A stretch of 64,000 nt of DNA from the NCBI GenBank assembly GCA_963826525.1, contig CAWGXH010000004.1, positions 736,001 to 800,000 of the forward strand. Reading direction: 5' to 3'. Position 1 is the first letter of the stretch. Each line of letters begins with the position of its first letter. Made by a program: the position numbers and the translations under genes. The stretch is from an uncultured Methanomicrobiaceae archaeon (lineage in GTDB: Archaea; Halobacteriota; Methanomicrobia; Methanomicrobiales; Methanoculleaceae). The notes under the pieces were generated by a model, which was given only the letters and a program-made list of their open reading frames with translations, ran no database searches and had not been told where the DNA came from. Shown one piece after another: positions 1 through 9,593 of this stretch.

Positions 1-1594
1 AGGAGAGGTGTCCGCCGCAAGCGTACTGAGCGAATCGCAGCTCCGCGTCACCGCACGGGGTATCGTTGGCCTTGCAGAGGAGAACGAGATCTCCGATAAC
101 ACCATCGACGTCTGTGCACTCGGCGAATCCGAAGCCCTTGCATTCGAGGAAGTGCCCGACAGCCTGGCCGTTGCAGCCTCGCTGATCAAAACCCGTGCGG
201 TCGGCATCACGATTCCCCGCGCCGCAGAGACCTACGACAACGAAGTCAGCGACAACATCGTGAACGTTCTCTCCGTCCTGGCACCGGCCTCTGAGGCGGC
301 GGGTGTTTCCGGGGAAGTCGGATCGATCATAGAGGGCAGGGCTGCCGGCATCGGTATTCGCGCACCCAATGCCTGGATCTCCGGCAACGAGGTAGACGTC
401 ATCGCATGTGTGGAGAATGCCACCGCCGTCGCTGCCGAGGCATCCATACAGGAAGTGATGAGCGAAACCATTGCGATCGCAAACGCTCAGGGTATTGTGA
501 CGAAGAACGCCATTGTCGAGGATAACGTCGTCTTCGTGGAGGGAACCGCAACCGGAACGGTCATTTCCGAGACGGAAGAACTCCTCGAGAACGCCGATGC
601 CCTCATCCTCACCGCAGCCATCGGCACCGCGATCCACGACCGCGGCCTCTCCACGATGACGCATAACACCGTTGAAGCAAGCGCTGAGGCTGGCTGCTAC
701 GGCTATGTCGAGGGCTACCGCCTCGACGGGTTCGGCATCGCCATCGCCGAGGGTCTGGGTATCCGGACCGAGGGGGGAACCGTTGCGTATAACAATATCG
801 AAGGCGCCGTGCTGGGCGACTATAAGAAGGGCATCCCGACCAGGGCAGCATACAACTGGTGGGGCGACGCGAGCGGGCCGTCCGGCTACGGCCCCGGTAT
901 TGGAAGCCCCCTCTACGGTGTCATCTACTACGACGACCCCATGACCTGGGAGCCCTGGCTGACCCGGCCGTACGAAGCCGTCCTCGATGAGGACAAAGCA
1001 TACCTCGGCATCGAGATCAGGGGCGACGAAGGCCTTGCGAAGGGCTGGAATACCCTCTCTGTCCCGATTGCAGTTGAGGACAACACCTGGCATGCGATCA
1101 GCAACATGGGCGAAGGCCTGAACTACAGCATCGCCTACACCTGGGACGCCGCCAGCCAGCGGTGGGTGCAGGTACTGGCCGGCACCCGGGTCAACCCGCT
1201 CGATGCCGTCCACGTGAAGCTGCGCGAAGATGCCCGTCTGCCGGTCGCCATCAGCCCGGAGATTACGAGCCCGCCGGTGAAGTACCTCAAGGCAGGCTGG
1301 AACCTCATCGGCCCTGCGTACGCCTTCGATGCGGATACTCTCGCGTGGGACGAGATGAAGGTCGACAAGGCGCTGATCTCGATCGAAGAGACGCCGGCAG
1401 GCCTGACCGGCTACACCATCGTCCTCTCGCCGTCGATCAATAGTGAGGCCTGGACATACACCGCCGGCGCGGCCAAGACGCCGACGATGGAGACCGGGTA
1501 TGGCTACTGGGTTTATATGGAGAACCCAGACGCTCTGGCCGGTTTCAGCTCGACGCCCCTCCAACTTCCGACAATCGATCTCGGGTGGATCTAA
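1..1594 (+). CDS. Large cell-surface/secreted protein, 5' end probably outside the window (parallel beta-helix-like repeats plus C-terminal GWN-repeat domain)
   Basis: Open frame from the window edge. Acidic Ala/Val/Ile-rich repeats (ISDNTIDV, ISGNEVDV), a NWWG..GP motif and duplicated GWNTLSVP/GWNLIGP motifs typical of methanogen surface proteins. Confidence 0.6.
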   Translation, partial: GEVSAASVLSESQLRVTARGIVGLAEENEISDNTIDVCALGESEALAFEEVPDSLAVAASLIKTRAVGITIPRAAETYDNEVSDNIVNVLSVLAPASEAAGVSGEVGSIIEGRAAGIGIRAPNAWISGNEVDVIACVENATAVAAEASIQEVMSETIAIANAQGIVTKNAIVEDNVVFVEGTATGTVISETEELLENADALILTAAIGTAIHDRGLSTMTHNTVEASAEAGCYGYVEGYRLDGFGIAIAEGLGIRTEGGTVAYNNIEGAVLGDYKKGIPTRAAYNWWGDASGPSGYGPGIGSPLYGVIYYDDPMTWEPWLTRPYEAVLDEDKAYLGIEIRGDEGLAKGWNTLSVPIAVEDNTWHAISNMGEGLNYSIAYTWDAASQRWVQVLAGTRVNPLDAVHVKLREDARLPVAISPEITSPPVKYLKAGWNLIGPAYAFDADTLAWDEMKVDKALISIEETPAGLTGYTIVLSPSINSEAWTYTAGAAKTPTMETGYGYWVYMENPDALAGFSSTPLQLPTIDLGWI

Positions 1595-1633
1595 ATCCTC
1601 CCTTCTTCCTCTCCACACCGTGAGGACACAACC

Positions 1634-2779
1634 ATGAGAAGAACCACGCACACGTTCGCACTCCTGCTGGCACTCGCATTCCTGACCGTGCCGGCAGTCG
1701 CAGAAGACACGTCAACCGGGTCGTATCCCCATGCCTTCTACGGCACCCTGCTGGATGCCGACGGGACGGCGGCACCGGGCGGAACCATCGTCGTCGCTTC
1801 GATCAGGGGACAGAATGCAGGAAGCATCACCGTCACCACGGCAGGCGAGTACGGCAATGCCGATGACGAAGCAGCAAAGCTCGTCGTCTGGACAAACACC
1901 CTGGTCACCGGCGATCCGGTCACGTTCTACATCGACGGCGTCCGTGCCGCAGAGACCGCTTCCTTCGAGTCCAGCGCGGTGACGCGCCTCAACCTCACCG
2001 CAACCGCTCCGTTGCCGAAAGAGCGGCCGGACGAGAGCACGACCGAACCGGTCTCGCCGAAGGCGGGACAGAACACGACCGTGACCGGCAATGGGACCGG
2101 CACCTCGGTCACCCTCACGACGACGGTCGACCTGACGGACGAGACGATAGCCTTCACGGCCTTTGAGGAGCCGCCGGACAACCAGGCCGTTCCATCGACT
2201 CTGGCGCCCGTCGGGCGGTACGCCGAGATCACGAGCACCATCACCGAATGATCAGATCGCGAGCGTAACGATCCGGATCTATCTACACCGACGCCGAGAG
2301 TCGCCGCGGCAGGGATCGACGAGGCGAGCATCCGGGTCTACTGGTGGAACCCGACCGCTCAGGTCTGGGAGCAGCTTCCCGGCGGCGTCGACACCGTCCA
2401 GAACGTTGCCTGGGGCACGACGAGCCACTTCTCGACCTTCGCTCTCCTCTCGGTAAAAGCGGTCACCCCGACGCCGGGAGGCGGTGGGGCGGTGCTACCG
2501 GAGGCGGCGGTGCAGCAGGCCCGATCGTTTACCCGACCGATGCGTTCGGGACACCGACGGTAACCCCGACCGGGACGGCAACAACGCCGACAGACGTTCC
2601 GACAACACTCGCCCCGGGAGAGACGGCAGGTTCCGGGCGGAGAAGCGGGGCAGCAGCCCGGTGAATCCGGAGAGAGCGGTGGGCAGACGGGAGACGAGCT
2701 TCCGATGGCCGCCGCCGTCATCGCCGTCCTCGTCATCGCCGGCGTCGCGGCTGCCTCATTCTACATGAAGAAGCGGTAA
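1634..2779 (+). CDS. Membrane-anchored cell-surface protein (signal peptide, PGF-pre-PGF-like domain, Thr/Pro linker, C-terminal TM helix + KKR); frameshifted in this sequence
   Basis: Signal peptide MRRTTHTFALLLALAFLTVPAVA. Later frames read ...WEQLPGGVDTVQNVAWGTTSHFSTFAL, TPTVTPTGTATTPT and AAAVIAVLVIAGVAAASFYMKKR-stop (TAA 2777-2779). Confidence 0.65.
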
Positions 2780-2789
2780 CCCGGAACAC

Positions 2790-2799
2790 CTCTTTTTTC
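2790..2799 (+). terminator. T-rich archaeal terminator candidate
   Basis: CTCTTTTTTC about 10 nt after the stop codon. Confidence 0.4.
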
Positions 2800-3182
2800 A
2801 CGCGGGGATCTCTTCCGCACGATTCGTCAAGAAACACTTAAATAGCCGCAATTTCGGCCGGATCCGGCTAAATTTCGACCCGCACAGAAGCCCTCAGACA
2901 GCCGATCTCGTGGCGAGATATGGATTAACATCCTCCGAACACTACCTTCGCTCATATCGCCGTTATACCTCGGTGAATTTTCCGGCAATCCGGAATCAGA
3001 GCGCAATGCTCCAGATGCCGGGAGCGCCCGGATCCGCCATCTGAAACCTGCCTTAAAATCGAAAAAAAACTCTAATGTGCCCTTCGTTCAGGACGGAAAG
3101 GGGCCGACTCCCTCACTCCCCGGCCATCCCGGAGACCGCCGGGTTCCTGTGAGGATGGAACTTTCCCGCTCTTCGATTGCAC

Positions 3183-3501
3183 GTTTACACTCACTTGCAC
3201 CCCGTTTGCACCCGAATTTGCACCCAAATAACCCATGCTCGAGCGTTCGATACGGATACGGCCAGCGGAACGCCAGGATCTTACCGATGTTTACACTTGC
3301 TCCGGATTCACAGACACGAAGACACATACGCTCCCCCGCCGGACACACGCTGTGTGTTTTCTCAAATCGATGTAAATGTACAAATATAGGTACATATATC
3401 TCCGTAAAGTACAGAGTACGCGAATCAACCATCAAAAAGGCGTTTTTCAGATCTACACTTTTCCCGTTTTTCGGGTGCAAACGGGGTGCAACAGTGCAAA
3501 C
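3183..3501. repeat. Inverted-repeat-bounded non-coding element, copy A (MITE-like)
   Basis: Perfect 22-bp inverted repeat TTGCACCCCGTTTGCACCCGAA (3195-3216) / TTCGGGTGCAAACGGGGTGCAA (3470-3491). Internal similarity to 3548-3889 and 58539-58808. Confidence 0.7.
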
Positions 3502-3547
3502 TGGCGGGACGGGTCCCCGGCGGTATCGCTTCGCAGCTGCCACCGGC

Positions 3548-3889
3548 AGATACACCATGTGCAGCACCAGGCCGCTCGCGTACACCGGCGTACATCACGG
3601 GGTGTCACTCAACGGAAGCGATTGCTGCGGAACGGCATCGATCAAAAGCGCTGCTGCTGTTTTTCCCGGACATGTACACCATTCTCCAGAGCACAGACAT
3701 ACCCGGCGGGAGAAGAGAGAGTACGCTGTCCGGACTTGTGTCCCCCGATTCCAGTGTACATCGAGTACTATGAGATACGTTTTTAGTAACCAGTACAAAG
3801 AGTATCAGGAGATTCCTCCCGATATTCACCGTTTTTATTGCGACAGCACGTGGTGTAATGCGGTGTACATCTGGTGTCATGGTGTACCT
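3548..3889. repeat. Diverged inverted-repeat-bounded element, copy B (TACACC variant)
   Basis: Imperfect inverted ends built from TACACC/GGTGTA hexamers. Core GACATGTACACCATTCTCCAGAGCACAGACA resembles copy A core GATGTTTACACTTGCTCCGGATTCACAGACA. Confidence 0.5.
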
Positions 3890-4011
3890 ATCATCGCCGT
3901 CCTCCGTCACCGTGGCACCGACGCGGCTGATCGCCGGGCACTCTCGAGCAGCCCCCTGCAGGACGACGGAGACGGCATCCCCGTGGCGCCCTCACGGCCC
4001 CTGCGGGAGGG

Positions 4012-4480
4012 TCACAGTTCCCCGGGAAGCCCCGGAAGCGGGAAACCCCCCAGCGGCAGACCGAAGAGGGCGTTTCCGAGCGTCGCTCCGAAGATGAGAA
4101 GCAGCATAAGCGCGACGAGCCAGATCGCAAGGAAGACGACCATATCCCGCCGCCGGATCTCCCGGAACGGAATCTCGTCGGCGTTCATCCGCCGCGCCGT
4201 CCTGTGGGCGTCGTAGATACCGTAGAACCAGACAAGCACCCCGGGCACAATGAAGAGAAAGAGCCCGGCGATTGTCCCGAAGAGGACGGCAAGCCCCCTC
4301 GCAAACTGGCCGTTGTAGACCTGCCCGGCACCGTCGAAGAAGACCGAGAGGAAGAACGCCGTCCAGGGGTTCTTATCCATTCGCAGGTAACTGCTCGGAA
4401 CGCTCGCCCCGCAGACTCGGGCAGTACTCGACATTCTCCGACCGAAGCGGCTCCCCGCACGTTTCACAGACCTTCGCCAT
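4012..4480 (-). CDS. Zinc-ribbon/TM2-like small membrane protein (frameshift near 4420)
   Basis: N-terminal MAKVCETCGEPLRSENVEYCP (zinc-ribbon-like) joins KNPWTAFFLSVFFDGAGQVYNG and three hydrophobic helices. Confidence 0.65.
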
Positions 4481-4644
4481 CCCCTCACCCTTCCGTCCAG
4501 AGATATCGATAAGAATATATAGTGTTTTCTCATGCCCCACTCCTCCGGACGCCATCCATGGGGGAATGCCGCCGGAGGCAGGCGGTGAGTCCCCGAAGAA
4601 AAAACGCGAAGGCTTATTGCGCATGGTCGAGCGAGTATACACGT

Positions 4645-4863
4645 ATGGATGCGAGGAGAGGCGAAGCGCCCTGGACGAGGATCCGGCAGCGCCGGCTCTT
4701 CGACGGTGCAGACTTCTACGCCGAACGGCTCTTTGAGACCCAGCAGGCCGCACGCAGTTACGCACACCTGCTTGAGTCCCGGGGCGGGATTGTCCAGGTT
4801 GCTCCCTCGCACACGGAAGGAGGAAAGCGGGGTTACGCCGTCTTCGTCCGGCGGGAGCGGTGA
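4645..4863 (+). CDS. Small hypothetical protein
   Basis: ORF MDARRGEAPWTRIRQRRLFDGADFYAERLF...GYAVFVRRER with coding-like codon usage. Confidence 0.45.
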   Translation: MDARRGEAPWTRIRQRRLFDGADFYAERLFETQQAARSYAHLLESRGGIVQVAPSHTEGGKRGYAVFVRRER

Positions 4864-5426
4864 TCCGGGCCGGTGATCCGTGCGAGATAAGCCTCCCTCA
4901 CGAGCCCGTAGATCCCGATATCCTCAAAGACGCCCCACTTCTGCACGTGCTGCCGGAGGCAGCCTTCATAGACCATGCCGCACTTCTGCATCACCCTCGC
5001 CGAGGCGGGGTTCCGGGTAAAGTACATTGCGTAGATCCGGTTCAGCGACAGCCCCCCGAACCCGTACGCAATGACCGCCCCTGCAGCCTCGGTGGCGTAG
5101 CCCCGGTTCCAGTAGGGCTTTCCTATCCAGTAGCCGAGCTCACCACGCCGGTGCCTCCGGTCTATCTGCATGAGTCCGATCGCACCGATGAACGTATGCT
5201 CGTCGGCACGGGTGATCGCAAAGACTGCCAGCTCCCCGAGGAGGAACCCCTCTTCGTGCCCGACGATCCAGGATCCCGCCACGCCATCCGGATAGGGGTG
5301 AGGGATATCAAGGGCGTTCGCCGCAACGTCGTAGTCACCGGCGAGCCGCTGCACCTCCGGGGCATCGGCAAGAGTCATCGGCCGGAGGAAGAGCCGCTCG
5401 GTCGCAAGCGTGGGCTGCTGGATCAT
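4833..5426 (-). CDS. GNAT N-acetyltransferase, RimJ/RimL family
   Basis: TERLFLRP, ELGYWIGKPYWNRGYATEA and NPASARVMQKCGM motifs. Confidence 0.9.
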   Translation of the reverse strand: MIQQPTLATERLFLRPMTLADAPEVQRLAGDYDVAANALDIPHPYPDGVAGSWIVGHEEGFLLGELAVFAITRADEHTFIGAIGLMQIDRRHRRGELGYWIGKPYWNRGYATEAAGAVIAYGFGGLSLNRIYAMYFTRNPASARVMQKCGMVYEGCLRQHVQKWGVFEDIGIYGLVREAYLARITGPDHRSRRTKTA

Positions 5427-5490
5427 ATCCTCACCCCTTCAGCAGTGGGATATTTAAAGGCCTGCCACCGCCGGCAATCCCGGAGCCGGG

Positions 5491-5943
5491 TCACGGGATT
5501 TCACGGATAGCAAGCGGTCCGTAGACAGCTCTGCTCTCCCAGACGACCGTCCCGTCGGTGTCGCGGATCACGGTATCGAACGTGACCGTCTCGCCGGGGC
5601 TTCGCGGCACGACGATGGTGATCGGGCTCTCCGGGCTGACGTTCTCGTAGAGCCGATCTTCCGCCCGCTCCTTTGTGGTGCCGTTCGTCAGAACCTCATA
5701 GGAGACCCAGTATACCGTCGGCTCATCGTTCCGGGGAACGTACCGGGCGACGACCCGGTCCTCATTGACAATCCCCTCCTCGAAAAACGCCCCCGCCTCG
5801 CCGGTCGGGACCTGGACGGCTGTTTCGGCCGGGGCGGCAATGCCGCCGGGCGGTGGTGTACCGGGGCCGGTGCACCCGGCCGCACATACCGCTGCCGCGA
5901 CGAAGAGCATGATACTGCCGATCCGTATCGTTCGTGCTGTCAT
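5491..5943 (-). CDS. Predicted lipoprotein of unknown function
   Basis: MTARTIRIGSIMLFVAAAVCAAGC lipobox-type signal followed by a Pro/Gly linker. Confidence 0.6.
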   Translation of the reverse strand: MTARTIRIGSIMLFVAAAVCAAGCTGPGTPPPGGIAAPAETAVQVPTGEAGAFFEEGIVNEDRVVARYVPRNDEPTVYWVSYEVLTNGTTKERAEDRLYENVSPESPITIVVPRSPGETVTFDTVIRDTDGTVVWESRAVYGPLAIREIP

Positions 5944-6111
5944 ACCGGTCTTGGGTTGATCGGCGGAGCACGTAGAGGTTCCGAAGCCGATCGGGAGATA
6001 TACGGGAATATGGGCAGCGGGAGAGTCGCAGCCACGGATTGCCCCTACCACGGAGCGCCCCGAAAGATTTTCAGCAACCTTTATCTGGTTCCGTTCTGTA
6101 TTCCAACATAC

Positions 6112-7135
6112 ATGATCAAAGTAGCCATCAACGGGTACGGCACCATTGGCAAAAGGGTGGCCGATGCGGTTGCCGCTCAGCCCGATATGGAAGTGATCGG
6201 CGTATCCAAGACAAGCGTCAGCGCGGAGGCGTTCATTGCCGGAAAGCGCGGCTACCCCCTCTACATCGCCGACCTCTCGAAACGCGAGGCATTCGAGAAG
6301 GCCGGCCTCACGGTCGCCGGCGACGTCGAGGATATGATCAAGAAGGCCGATATCGTCGTCGACGCCACCCCCGGCGGTGTCGGGGCGAAGAACAAGCCGA
6401 TCTACGAACTCTACCAGAAGAAAGCCATCTACCAGGGCGGCGAGGATCACGAGGTCGCCGGAACCAGCTTCAATGCGCACGCAAACTACGCGGAAGCAAT
6501 CGGCAAACAGTTCGTCCGCGTCGTCTCCTGCAACACCACCGGCCTTGTCCGGGTCATCAATGCACTCGATCAGGCCTTCGGCGTTCAGAAGGTCCGGGCG
6601 GTGATGGTGCGCCGCGGCGGCGACCCGAACGACATCAAACGCGGACCGATCGACGCCATCGTTTTGAACCCGCAGACGATCCCGAGCCACCACGGCCCCG
6701 ATGTCCAGACCGTGCTCCCCGCGATCAACATCGTCACCATGGCGATGATCGTCCCGACGACCTTCATGCACATGCATACCATTCAGGCCGAGCTCGCACG
6801 GGAGACCACCCGGGAGGAGGTACTGAAGGTCTTCCGGGAGCATAGCCGCATCGGCCTCGTCACCAAAGCAACGAAGATCACGAGCAATGCAGAGCTCCGT
6901 CGAGTACACCCAGGATCTCGGCAGGCCACGGACCGACCTCTGGGAGAACGGGATATTTGAGGAATCGGTCTCGGTGCTCGACGGGAAGGAGTTCTTCTGC
7001 TTCCAGGCGATCCACCAGGAGGCGGACGTCATCCCCGAGAACATCGACGCCATCCGCGCCATGATGGGAACGGTGAAAGATCCGGCAGAATCCATCAGGA
7101 TGACCAACGATGCGCTCGGCTTTGTTGCCATCTAG
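6112..7135 (+). CDS. gap: Archaeal type II glyceraldehyde-3-phosphate dehydrogenase (frameshift near 6897)
   Basis: [29 protein letters not shown] catalytic motif, and C-terminal [20 protein letters not shown] in the next frame. Confidence 0.95.
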
Positions 7136-7172
7136 AAGAAGCATTAACACCACATCCTACCCATTATTTTCA

Positions 7173-8118
7173 ATGGATCCCTACTCACTGGCAACGAGGA
7201 ATACGGTAGAGGTCGTCACGGAGGACGAACTGCGCTCGCTCCTTGACCGTCCCGCAAAAAGTGTCTATGCGGGCTACGAACCGAGCGGTGAGATTCATCT
7301 CGGGCATCTCGTCACCGTCAACAAACTGATGGACCTGCAGGAGGCGGGATTCAATGTCACCATCCTGATCGCCGACCTCCACGCATTCCTGAACCGAAAA
7401 GGGACGATGGACGAGATCCGGGATCTCGCCGAGTACAACCGCCGCTGCTTCGAGGCGCTCGGCCTAACGGGCGTGAACTACGTCCTCGGCTCAGAGGTGC
7501 AGCTCGACACCGGAGTACGAACTGCAGGTGCTCACGCTCTCGCAGGAGATCACCGTCAACCGCGCCCGGCGGAGCATGGACGAGGTCGGCAGGCAGATGG
7601 AGCACCCCTCGGTTTCGCAGATGGTCTATCCCATCATGCAGATGGTAGATATCGCCACCCTCAAGGTCGATGCCGCCGTCGGCGGAATAGACCAGCGGAA
7701 GATCCACATGCTGGCACGCGAGCACCTCCCCTCCGTCGGCTACCCGGCACCGGTCTGCATCCATACGCCGATCATTAACGGTCTTGACGGCAAGAAGATG
7801 TCCTCTTCGGCGGGCAACGTCATCTCGGTCGCCGACTCCGAAGAGGAGATCGAGAAGAAACTGAAGAAAGCCTTCTGCCCGCCGGAGAGCGAGGAGAACC
7901 CGGTGCTCCAGGTACTCAAGTACCACGTCTTCCCGCGGGTCGAGACAGTGGTCGTGAAGCGGCCCGAAAAGTTCGGTGGCGACGCCGGGTTTTCGACCTA
8001 CGAGGCGATCGAGCAGGCCTACATTGCCGGCACCATCCACCCGCTCGACCTGAAGAAGACCGCCGCCCGCTACCTGGTCGAGATCTTTGCGAACGCACGC
8101 GACTTTATCCACGGGTGA
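7173..8118 (+). CDS. tyrS: Tyrosine--tRNA ligase (frameshift near 7506)
   Basis: YAGYEPSGEIHLGH (HIGH-like), YPIMQMVD, GGIDQRKIHMLARE and KMSSS motifs. Confidence 0.95.
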
Positions 8119-8124
8119 CCCGAC

Positions 8125-8901
8125 GTGAGCCTTGAAGAGAAGCAGGAACGGTTCGACCGCGAGATCGAGGCGATGGGCGTCCGGCTCAAGGACGCCGACC
8201 AGATGAAGGTCAGAGAGGACGTCTTCGACGAGGTCACTCTCATCGCCCTCTACAAGCTCGTCCACAAAAAGCTCATCTCCGTGATCGGCGGCCCTATCAG
8301 CACCGGGAAAGAGGCGAACGTCTTTTACGGCGAGCAGGACGGCCGCGGGATCGCGATCAAGATCTACCGGATCCAGACGGCGAACTTCAAGGCGATGAAC
8401 GAATACCTGGCGGGCGACCGCCGGTTCTCGAGCATCCGGGGCTCCCGCAAAGAGATCATCTTCGCCTGGACGAAGAAGGAGTACAGCAACCTCGCCCGGG
8501 CGCACGAGGCCGGTATCCCGGTGCCGCAGCCGCTGGCGTTCGACCGGAACATCCTGCTGATGGAGTTCCTCGGAGAAGGCGAGAGACCCTATCCGCAGCT
8601 CCGGACTGCGGCAATCGACGACCCGGCGGCAACGTACCGGGAGATACTCGGATATATGGAGACGCTTTTTGCGAAAGCCCGGCTGGTGCACGCCGATCTC
8701 TCCGAATACAATATCCTATATGCACAGAGGCCTTACCTGATCGACATGGGTCAGGCAGTCGGCCTGGATCATCCGCGAGCTGCCTCATTCCTCTTCCGGG
8801 ACGTGAAGAACATAAACAGGTTCTTCTCCCGGTACTGCGATGTGCAGGACGAAGAGGAGATCATGCAGCGTATCCTGGGCAGAGCCCGTCAGGAACCGTA
8901 A
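8125..8901 (+). CDS. rio1: RIO1-family serine protein kinase
   Basis: ISTGKEANVF, AIKIY, LVHADLSEYNIL and IDMGQAV motifs. Confidence 0.93.
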   Translation: MSLEEKQERFDREIEAMGVRLKDADQMKVREDVFDEVTLIALYKLVHKKLISVIGGPISTGKEANVFYGEQDGRGIAIKIYRIQTANFKAMNEYLAGDRRFSSIRGSRKEIIFAWTKKEYSNLARAHEAGIPVPQPLAFDRNILLMEFLGEGERPYPQLRTAAIDDPAATYREILGYMETLFAKARLVHADLSEYNILYAQRPYLIDMGQAVGLDHPRAASFLFRDVKNINRFFSRYCDVQDEEEIMQRILGRARQEP

Positions 8902-8927
8902 AACCGACCGAAGAGAGGTTTGTGATC

Positions 8928-9470
8928 ATGGCAACACAGGAGATAAAAGTTACAGCAAACAGGGTTGGAGCGCTCATCGGCAAGGCCGGCGCGACCAAAC
9001 GCGAGATCGAAGAGAAGACGGGAGTCTCCATCCTGATCGACAGCGAAGAGGGGATTGTCACCGTGGACGGGGAAGACCCGGTCAGCATGCTCGCCGCCGT
9101 CGAGATCATACGGGCGATCAACCGGGGGTTCTCGCCGGAACGGGCGTTCAAGCTCCTCGAAGACGAAGACATGATGCTCGACATCATCGACCTCTCCGAT
9201 ATTGCCGGATCGCCCCGGCAGATGGAACGGCTCCGCGGCCGCATCATCGGCAAAGCAGGGACGTCACGCGCCCAGATCGAGGATATGACGAGCACCGGAA
9301 TCTCGGTGCACGGCAAGACCGTCGCACTCATCGGCCTGCCTGAGAATATCAAGACCGCGAAGAGTGCCGTCGAGATGCTCATCCAGGGCGTTCCCCACGA
9401 GAACGTCTACTCCTTCCTCGACAAAAAGAAGAAAGAAGCAAAGCACGATATGTTGGAATATTACTACTAA
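8928..9470 (+). CDS. KH-domain RNA-processing protein (archaeal Pno1/Dim2-like)
   Basis: Two KH GxxG motifs (LIGKAGATK, IIGKAGTSR) and RGFSPERA; follows rio1, a conserved archaeal arrangement. Confidence 0.9.
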   Translation: MATQEIKVTANRVGALIGKAGATKREIEEKTGVSILIDSEEGIVTVDGEDPVSMLAAVEIIRAINRGFSPERAFKLLEDEDMMLDIIDLSDIAGSPRQMERLRGRIIGKAGTSRAQIEDMTSTGISVHGKTVALIGLPENIKTAKSAVEMLIQGVPHENVYSFLDKKKKEAKHDMLEYYY

Positions 9471-9593
9471 AGACCGGACGTCAGGGAACAATCCGGAACC
9501 ATCCCTTTTCGGCCAATCGGTCAGCCTCCCCACCCGACTATCACCATGACAATCAGAGATACTACCTCGTGCACTGGAAATGAAGGGGTTTGC

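Noticed and set aside
3177-3889. Possible CRISPR array from TGCACC/TACACC repeats
   Set aside because: Repeats are about 6 bp, spaced 8-12 bp and inverted at the ends. There are no 25-40 bp direct repeats with unique spacers and no cas genes.
3077-4216. 379-aa plus-strand ORF and 165-aa minus-strand ORF (3088-3585) over the intergenic repeats
   Set aside because: Atypical composition and no recognisable motifs; the longer ORF overlaps a real opposite-strand gene. Similarity to the 58.5 kb copy is not kept in one frame, so conservation appears to be at DNA level.
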